DNA of 64,000 bases, taken from the IMG/VR virus record IMGVR_UViG_3300005686_000008; one strand, given 5' to 3'. The notes below the pieces were generated by a model. That model had not been told where the DNA came from and made no database searches. It saw only the letters and a list, made by a program, of their open reading frames with translations. Source of the stretch: a virus. Taxonomy: Duplodnaviria > Caudoviricetes. Numbering within the stretch: position 1 is the stretch's first letter; each line of letters begins with the position of its first letter. The position numbers and the translations under genes are program-made. This document shows positions 57,318 to 64,000 of the stretch, piece after piece.

Positions 57318-57329
57318 AGGAGAAATAGC

Positions 57330-57815
57330 ATGGGAAACATTGATGAAGCAATATGGCTTAAGAAACTAGATCCATCAGCCGTTGTGCCTAGTAGGGCTAA
57401 AGAAGGCGATGCTGGATTTGATTTGGTTGCTATTGATGATGGAGTGGTTGATTCGGAGGGTTTTATACAATATAGAACAGGATTGTCAATAGACCCTCCC
57501 CAAGGATATCATACAGAGATTTGGCCTAGGTCCAGTATAAGCAAGTATGATCTTGTTTTGGCTAACAGTATTGGTCTTGTAGATAATGGATATAGAGGAG
57601 AACTTTTAGTTAGATTTAAGCCAACTCTTAGGTTTGCTCAAACCAAGGAAGGCGAAATCTATGTGATATTGCCAAAACCAGTTAAGAAATATAAGAAAGG
57701 CGATAAGATAGCTCAACTTGTTATTACAGAAACGGTTGAGTCTTCGTTTACAGAAATGCAAGAGTTAACTGCATCAGCAAGGGGATCTGGAGGGTTTGGT
57801 TCGTCAGGTCGTTAA
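57330..57815 (+). CDS. dut: dUTPase (trimeric)
   Basis: DAGFDL; PRSS; GLVDNGYRGE; RGSGGFGSSG. Confidence 0.95.
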   Translation: MGNIDEAIWLKKLDPSAVVPSRAKEGDAGFDLVAIDDGVVDSEGFIQYRTGLSIDPPQGYHTEIWPRSSISKYDLVLANSIGLVDNGYRGELLVRFKPTLRFAQTKEGEIYVILPKPVKKYKKGDKIAQLVITETVESSFTEMQELTASARGSGGFGSSGR

Positions 57816-57861
57816 TTCTCAAAATATCTAGTATTGTAGAGGGTTTCGCCCCATACTATTT

Positions 57862-57893
57862 GAACACAGAGATACCTCTGTGTTCTTTTATTT
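57862..57893 (+). terminator. intrinsic terminator
   Basis: GAACACAGAG-ATAC-CTCTGTGTTC followed by a T-rich tail. Confidence 0.75.
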
Positions 57894-57945
57894 AACAGCC
57901 TATGAACCGATAATGGTATAGGAACTTGTTATAGGAAAAGTATAA

Positions 57946-60900
57946 ATGTCATTCAAGTTTTTTGCAAGCCTGGATTTTACAGGAGAACCTACTGTTACTC
58001 AGTTTAGGTTTGTATATGGCATGGGCGTTATGAAAGTTTGCCCTAGCCCAATATCTGACTATTCTACATTAACTATAAATGATGATCTGATAAACTATTA
58101 TGTTGACCTAGCGATAAGCCAGGGCTGGGAAGCTATCGCTTGGAATGAAGATAATTTGAGATTTTATATTTGGAATGAAGCAATGAGCGAGGCTGACAAG
58201 GATTCAGCCCTTGATTGTCTCGTTGAAATATATAATAGATCAAAAGATAGAGCAACCGCTGGTGGTAGACCGGATTTGAAAATTGGTTGGTATGATATCC
58301 CAGGAGGATATCCTGACCTGTATAATGTTATTTTGAGTTATAATAAGGATTCAGAAGATTCAGTAAATGTAAAAGCTTATCAAAAATGGCTTAATTGGAT
58401 AACTAGACTTTCTCAAAGATACGAGGGAGGGCTGTTTGTATCGTCCCCATTTAATGATTGTTGCGATTTTGTTGCTCCAAATTTGCAACCCTTTTATGGC
58501 AATGATCAAACGTATATAGATGATTGGAAGATTTTTGCAACGACAGTTCTTGGTAATATGATTGATGTTTCTAAAGATGATCCTCTATACGCTTTTTGTT
58601 CGTTTACCTTTAGTCCAACAACGGTTTATGCAGGCGTTCAAGTAAGCGGCACTAATATGTCTCAAATGGTTGAAACCATAAGGGGTTATGCGGACGGCTT
58701 TATTATAAACGGAGGATTGGCTGCTAATCGCACTTATTCCAATTGGTTCTGGAGACCTTCTGGAGCAACAGAAGCTAATGATCTTTCGCTATGGAAGACT
58801 GTTTCCAGCGGTGCATTTTCTATGACCGTAGCAAATGTAAAGCTAAAGATACAGGGAGTTAATACTTCTTCTGCTGTTTCCATGACTCAGGTTGCTTCTA
58901 TTTTGCAGACAGCAATACAATCTAAAATTAGTTCAGGACCAAATCCTTCGTTTGATGGGGTATATCCGTATCCTCTTGGTACTGTTACTGTAACTTGGTC
59001 ATCCGCTCAAAAAGGTTTTTTGTTCAATATGACAACCAATGGCGCTTCAACGCCGATGCCTGCTAATCTTAGCAGATCTTTATTTACAATAGAATCAAAG
59101 AGCGTATGGGGTTCTACTGTTAGCGGAGTAGATCTTGCTTCTGACCAGTTCCTTGGAGTTGCAACTGTAAATGGTAATGATAAACCAGGAACAGAACAAT
59201 GGGTCTATGGAGGAACTGAAATAAGCAATGAATGGGAACTTTACGCCAGAGATGAAGATTGGTGGGGAGTCCTTAGCGAAAGTTCATCAGAAATCATAGA
59301 ATCTGATGAGTTCAAATACTTTATATCTTGTAGTATAACAGAACAGCCAACTCCAACTAGTTTTGAAGATGATTATGGCATTTCTTTTATGCAAACAGGA
59401 GGATGTACTCCTTGGACAGAAAGTATTGGACAAGCAGCCACAACTCTTCTTACTTCAACTCTTACTCTAAGTAATGCGAATATAGATGCTGCTATTAGTT
59501 CATATCTTAGTCCTTCTTTAGGAGTTAATCAAAAGAAGTTTTTTGCATTTGACTTAGAGGGTTATGGCATTTATCTAGACCCAACACAGTATAGCGATAC
59601 GGTTGTTGATAATATGCTTGATTCTTTCATTAATGCTTTTGTAAGAATGAAAGAAAGACTTGCTTTGCAAGGAATCTATGATGTAAAGATTGGAATATAT
59701 GCAAATCCTTGCTTTAAGAGTTACTATGCTCCGGCTTTGTATTTTTACGGTAAGGGAAATACATCGCAATATAATACAGATTATAATACATGGGTTTCTA
59801 AGTTTAGAAGAATGAACTTAAGAAAATCCGGCGATACATATATAACAAAAGCTTTCAATGATTATCTAGATTTTGTTACTTGTGATATTTATCCAATTTT
59901 CGGAGAAGAAGATCCCCTTGATGATTCTTTCTTTAAGGAAAATCTTACGCAAGCGGTAAGATATATAAGCGGAGATAAGCCTTTATATCCGTTTTTGAAC
60001 CCAGCTTTTCATCCTTCTTCTCCTTGGTCTTCTAAGCCTGTCAGCGGCGATTATATGAAGAAAATGATGACTTGGGTAAAAAGAATAGCAGATGGTGCTA
60101 TTCTTTGGATTACATCAAGTCCAAGTTATAGAAGTCAAAGACAAAGACACTTTATGACTTCTTCTGGCGGTCCTCCCGCTGTTCCTACAAAAACTCTTGC
60201 AGATTGGCAAGGAATAACGAACGGGTGTTTCTCATATTTTGTTATTGGGTATTACAGAGATATTGAAAATGTTGATTTCTCAGTAGCAACAAGTATAGGC
60301 GGCGCAGAATCAACAAGTGTTGTCAATATTATAGAGGCGGCAATAAATGCAGACTTGTACTATATAAACAACTTCATATCTCAATCTGTAACATATCCAA
60401 GTCTTTCTATATCTAGACCATATGAAGTTGGTTCTGTATTTGTTGAATATAATTCAAATTCCTCAAACAACTCTCCAACAGCGTTGTCTCAGGTTCCTTG
60501 TTTTGAGTTTTCATATATAGATCCGGCAATAGTTTCCCCTCCAGATCAGAGTTCTTACACTGGTAGAGAATTTATTTATTGTTATTCTTATTCTGACACT
60601 CTTCCTGGTGGCGGAACAAATATTGGTACGGTAGATTGGATAGGGACATATACTTATACTTATCAAGAATATGATAGTAATGTTTATTCTGGACAAGATG
60701 CAGATCCAGATGAATGGAATAATGGGTGGGTTGTTGATAATGATTGGTGGCACGCTTTTTCTTCAATGGCTGTTGCTAACAAATATAGTCAAGAAAGAAC
60801 TCTTACATTTGCAGATAATATGGGAGTATATACTGGTTCATCTGTTACTGGGATGGTTTCTTCTTGGTCAGGAAAGCCAGCGCCATATGTTTTGAAGAAT

Positions 60901-63900
60901 AGCGACTATGTTGATAGAGTTCATCTTGTATATACAAGTTCAACCGCCGGCTGGTCTCAGTTTACAGATTCTCTTATAACAACAAATTTGCAGAATTGTA
61001 TAAATCAAAAAGCCACTTATTTTGTATGGGATATTGAAGGAGATTATTGTAACGTAATTTCTTCTAATAACAATGGATATCAATACGGAGTTTCAGAGGC
61101 AACTGTTGATTATAATCTTGATCAGTTTAAGTCTATATATAATAGAACTAAAGCGATTGCAGCATCTCTTGGTCATCCGGAAATTCAAGTTGGATTTTAT
61201 GGTTCGCCATTTACGGCTAATACCTTTTATGGAGCTAGATATTGGGCAGATCCTGCATCATATGCTGGATGGGAAACCGCTAGTTTGCAGTTCAGAGATG
61301 GTTTGATAAGAATAAATCAAAGATTGTCTAGCGGAACAACTTATGATGATCCATTCTTGGATTACAATGATTTTCTTGCTCCATCTTTTTATCCTCAATC
61401 TGGTAATACAAAGCATGCATCTTCTGAAAAAGGAGAAAGAGACGCAATACAAGGCTTTATGATGAAAGCCATAGAGATTCTTGGTCATAGTAAGCGATAT
61501 CTGCCATTCTTTATGCCAACATTCTTTGAGCAAGGAGGACTCAATCCTCTTACTGGTTGGGCGCAGAAAAATTACAATATGCAAATGTTGTGTTCTATTG
61601 CTGTGGAATATGGATGCGATGGCGGTATTATGTGGTCAGGCAGTTGGCCTAGCAATGTTGCTTCTGATCAAACTTTTACACCGACAGTTGTTAAAACGCT
61701 TGCAAACTGGCAAGCAATAACGGATGGTTGTTTTATAATAGCGGTAGAAGGTTTCCCTGTAAAAGTTACTGGTTTGAATTTTTCAGCAGCAACAAGTATT
61801 GGAGGTGCAGAATCAACAAGTGTTGCTAACATTATAGAAGCAGGCATGAATGCTAAGATTGCAACAATAACTATAACAGACGAGCCTTGGGCTAGTCCTT
61901 ATGCAACCCCTCCAAAATCTCCAAGACATATTGGCGATGTAACTGTTGCTTGGGATGGAACTAAGTTTGTCATGAACTCAGATAAAGGGCTGTTAAAGTC
62001 TCCTCCGGGATGGGTAAGTCCTCCTGATTTTGAAAAGTCATATTGGGTTACTGCTGCTTGGTCAACTTGGGGAGCTGGAGCTTTGCCAGGAACAGATATT
62101 GGAGTTCCTCAATGGATTGGCAATCATAACGTTTGGACAAGTCTTACATTTACTAGAACGGATTTGGTAGATGAATTTGGAAGATGGGTAGAAGATTCTG
62201 GTTGGTGGGCAAGTTATAGTTCTTTTGCGTTAGGATCTTTGGGTAATAATATAACTAACAGAGTTGTACCAACTATAAATCTTGTAACTTCGTCTTCTGG
62301 CGATGTTCCATTTACCGTACACGTTGACGCTTCTAATTCTCTGTTTAATGGAGTAAATCCTCAAGATTGTATATTTGAATGGGATTTTGGAGATAATTTC
62401 CCAACTTCTGATTCAAAAGCAAGGGGGTACGTTTCTGACCCAAGAAATGATAACGATGTAAATGCTATTGGAACTCCTCATAAGAAGACTTCTCTTTCAG
62501 CTAAGCAAAGAGGAATAAACGCTTCGTATACATATTGGCATGATAATAGCGGAACTCCATTTTTGATAAGTTTGAAGATTTGGTACAACGGAGTCGTAAG
62601 CGATACTGTTTATTATTCTGTAACAGCATCAGATCCTGTTACTGTTGCATATCCAACAAACGATCTTACTAAATGGGTTACTTTGACAGTGGCCCCAAAT
62701 GATAGCGTTCTTCCTCCTGTTGATTCGTTTGCTACTATAAATGCGGCAATGGCGTGGATAGATGCAAATAGACCAGATGGGGAAGTTATTATAGAACTTC
62801 TCACTGAGTATACTGCTACTTGTTCCAATTTCTTGCTCACATCAAAACTTACAATAAACAAGCCAAACATTATCATATATGGTTCTAGAACCTACACAGA
62901 AAGTAATGCTATAATAGCGGCAGATAACTCTTCCTTTAATAGAGCAAGTCCAACTCCTTTGGTTGAAATAGGAGCTGCTGCATATAATGTTCATTTTTAT
63001 GACGTACAGTTTGGAGCTTCTGAAGATATAAGCGGAGATGGCTTGGCAGGACAAGGAAGTGATAATACTTCAAATCTAATAGGCTGTAGCGTACTTTCTC
63101 CTTCGTCTGCGTCTGATATCATCAAGAATGTGGTTTTCACGAATTGTCAGTTTAGGAATCTTTATCAAGCAACCAATTCGTCTCACTTTGTTTCTGGCAT
63201 ATATTTCAATCAATGCCAAACCTCTACAACAAAGATAAAGAGCCACGATTTGATGGGATACAATATAGTGATGAATGGATGTTTGTTTGGAACTCTAAGC
63301 GGCATAGCTGATGATGCTCTTTCTTTTGCCGTTAGAACTCCTACTGATTCGCCAATTAACTTTGGTTCAACTCTTGGCTCTTCAGAAAAGTTCTCCATGA
63401 ATTTCTGCAACGTTTGTCATAACGCATATTTGCATGGAGACAGTATTACATCTTCTGGTCCGTTTAAGATTACAAATGCAAGATTTGTTTCAATATATGG
63501 AAACTACTTGTATGATGGGTCTAGTGTTGTTGATGATTCATTCTCTGTAAGAATACATGCAAATGAGATTTATGCAGGAGGAACAAAGAGTTCTCTCGTT
63601 ATTACGGCTCCGTCGTCTGATATTACCATAGCTAACAATGTTCTTTTCCCAAGATCTTATACGACAGCAAATACAAGATGCAATTCTGGAATACTTGAGT
63701 TTGATGGTTCTTATGGACTAGTCAACAACATAAAGATAATCAATAATACAGCTATCGCTAAGTTTAATACCAATTATGCAAAGGCATTTTGGAATCTTTC
63801 AAGGCCTAATAATGTTGATATTTCAGATCTTGAGTTTGTAAACAATCTTGCAGTAGAAGAACCTACTCAGTGTATTTCTAGTTGGGTTATGGTTGATTCT

Positions 63901-64000
63901 GATGTTAGCGCTTATATTGTACGATTTGAAAACAATTTGTGGCCTCAAAGAATTGGGCAGATGAATTTCGCAATAGTTACAGGACAAGATATTACTTGGA
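57946..64000 (+). CDS. very large (>2000 aa, truncated by window) putative virion carbohydrate-active protein: three GH-like repeats, PKD domain, beta-helix-like region
   Basis: Not in the supplied ORF track, consistent with no stop before the window end; segments translated by hand from ATG 57946 are in frame and open. Contains FAFDLEG and VWDIEG, repeated FS.ATSIGGAESTSV.NIIEA, VPFTVHVDAS...FEWDFGD (PKD), and Asn-rich I.NN repeats. Confidence 0.8.
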   Translation, partial: MSFKFFASLDFTGEPTVTQFRFVYGMGVMKVCPSPISDYSTLTINDDLINYYVDLAISQGWEAIAWNEDNLRFYIWNEAMSEADKDSALDCLVEIYNRSKDRATAGGRPDLKIGWYDIPGGYPDLYNVILSYNKDSEDSVNVKAYQKWLNWITRLSQRYEGGLFVSSPFNDCCDFVAPNLQPFYGNDQTYIDDWKIFATTVLGNMIDVSKDDPLYAFCSFTFSPTTVYAGVQVSGTNMSQMVETIRGYADGFIINGGLAANRTYSNWFWRPSGATEANDLSLWKTVSSGAFSMTVANVKLKIQGVNTSSAVSMTQVASILQTAIQSKISSGPNPSFDGVYPYPLGTVTVTWSSAQKGFLFNMTTNGASTPMPANLSRSLFTIESKSVWGSTVSGVDLASDQFLGVATVNGNDKPGTEQWVYGGTEISNEWELYARDEDWWGVLSESSSEIIESDEFKYFISCSITEQPTPTSFEDDYGISFMQTGGCTPWTESIGQAATTLLTSTLTLSNANIDAAISSYLSPSLGVNQKKFFAFDLEGYGIYLDPTQYSDTVVDNMLDSFINAFVRMKERLALQGIYDVKIGIYANPCFKSYYAPALYFYGKGNTSQYNTDYNTWVSKFRRMNLRKSGDTYITKAFNDYLDFVTCDIYPIFGEEDPLDDSFFKENLTQAVRYISGDKPLYPFLNPAFHPSSPWSSKPVSGDYMKKMMTWVKRIADGAILWITSSPSYRSQRQRHFMTSSGGPPAVPTKTLADWQGITNGCFSYFVIGYYRDIENVDFSVATSIGGAESTSVVNIIEAAINADLYYINNFISQSVTYPSLSISRPYEVGSVFVEYNSNSSNNSPTALSQVPCFEFSYIDPAIVSPPDQSSYTGREFIYCYSYSDTLPGGGTNIGTVDWIGTYTYTYQEYDSNVYSGQDADPDEWNNGWVVDNDWWHAFSSMAVANKYSQERTLTFADNMGVYTGSSVTGMVSSWSGKPAPYVLKNSDYVDRVHLVYTSSTAGWSQFTDSLITTNLQNCINQKATYFVWDIEGDYCNVISSNNNGYQYGVSEATVDYNLDQFKSIYNRTKAIAASLGHPEIQVGFYGSPFTANTFYGARYWADPASYAGWETASLQFRDGLIRINQRLSSGTTYDDPFLDYNDFLAPSFYPQSGNTKHASSEKGERDAIQGFMMKAIEILGHSKRYLPFFMPTFFEQGGLNPLTGWAQKNYNMQMLCSIAVEYGCDGGIMWSGSWPSNVASDQTFTPTVVKTLANWQAITDGCFIIAVEGFPVKVTGLNFSAATSIGGAESTSVANIIEAGMNAKIATITITDEPWASPYATPPKSPRHIGDVTVAWDGTKFVMNSDKGLLKSPPGWVSPPDFEKSYWVTAAWSTWGAGALPGTDIGVPQWIGNHNVWTSLTFTRTDLVDEFGRWVEDSGWWASYSSFALGSLGNNITNRVVPTINLVTSSSGDVPFTVHVDASNSLFNGVNPQDCIFEWDFGDNFPTSDSKARGYVSDPRNDNDVNAIGTPHKKTSLSAKQRGINASYTYWHDNSGTPFLISLKIWYNGVVSDTVYYSVTASDPVTVAYPTNDLTKWVTLTVAPNDSVLPPVDSFATINAAMAWIDANRPDGEVIIELLTEYTATCSNFLLTSKLTINKPNIIIYGSRTYTESNAIIAADNSSFNRASPTPLVEIGAAAYNVHFYDVQFGASEDISGDGLAGQGSDNTSNLIGCSVLSPSSASDIIKNVVFTNCQFRNLYQATNSSHFVSGIYFNQCQTSTTKIKSHDLMGYNIVMNGCLFGTLSGIADDALSFAVRTPTDSPINFGSTLGSSEKFSMNFCNVCHNAYLHGDSITSSGPFKITNARFVSIYGNYLYDGSSVVDDSFSVRIHANEIYAGGTKSSLVITAPSSDITIANNVLFPRSYTTANTRCNSGILEFDGSYGLVNNIKIINNTAIAKFNTNYAKAFWNLSRPNNVDISDLEFVNNLAVEEPTQCISSWVMVDSDVSAYIVRFENNLWPQRIGQMNFAIVTGQDITW

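Larger units (their letters stand above)
11543..57913. promoter_or_regulatory. sigma-28 (FliA)-like -10 boxes, approximately KWCGAWAW, upstream of many genes
   Basis: + strand: 11543, 12065, 13176, 13836, 18431, 19816, 28742, 28796, 31836, 35040, 36088, 39714, 42244, 43720, 46027, 46673, 50423, 57906. - strand: ~19763-19770, 41232-41239, 42199-42206, 45982-45989. Canonical FliA -10 is GCCGATAA. Confidence 0.6.

Noticed and set aside
59575-63410. Small ORFs listed in the track within 59.5-63.4 kb
   Set aside because: They overlap the single long + frame starting at 57946.
11570-64000. Stop-codon reassignment, as seen in some large phages
   Set aside because: Conserved genes are full-length in the standard code, and TAA, TAG and TGA all terminate genes.

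Overview
This 64 kb window looks like part of a large (jumbo-type) tailed phage genome in the standard genetic code. The host is probably a planctomycete/PVC bacterium, inferred from two prepilin/DUF1559-like genes, a FliA-type sigma factor carrying DWVPRLVR, and ClpS-like genes. No capsid, terminase or DNA polymerase genes are in the window. It has three zones. (1) 1-11.4 kb is visibly GC-richer. It holds about 25 short co-oriented genes and several structured RNA candidates, including a tRNA-shaped RNA with a 71-nt insert in place of the anticodon loop. About 33 same-strand copies of RRCTAAACTT punctuate this zone, often supplying the upstream stop codon, along with a second 16-bp motif AATCRTTATGAGTGAA. 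(2) 11.5-35 kb is AT-rich and encodes mostly large multidomain, effector-like proteins (RelE-like plus Zn ribbons, GNAT, ADP-ribosyltransferase-like, intein-containing UvrD, three WCT/PcfJ-like paralogues, SNF2). These share a short W(Y/F)xx(A/S) or YFxLxKxA peptide tag at N-termini, domain junctions and C-termini, a candidate capsid-targeting/proteolytic processing code. (3) 35-64 kb holds nucleotide-metabolism and host-takeover genes (Def, ThyX, DEDDh exonuclease, lysozyme, sigma-28, macrodomain, HNH, DHH, AAA, intein-containing NrdJ, dUTPase), a ~530-nt structured intergenic region, and a >2000-aa putative carbohydrate-active virion protein that runs off the right end. Sigma-28-like -10 boxes precede many genes of the AT-rich zones. 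All calls come from reading motifs by eye; no searches or folding programs were run.
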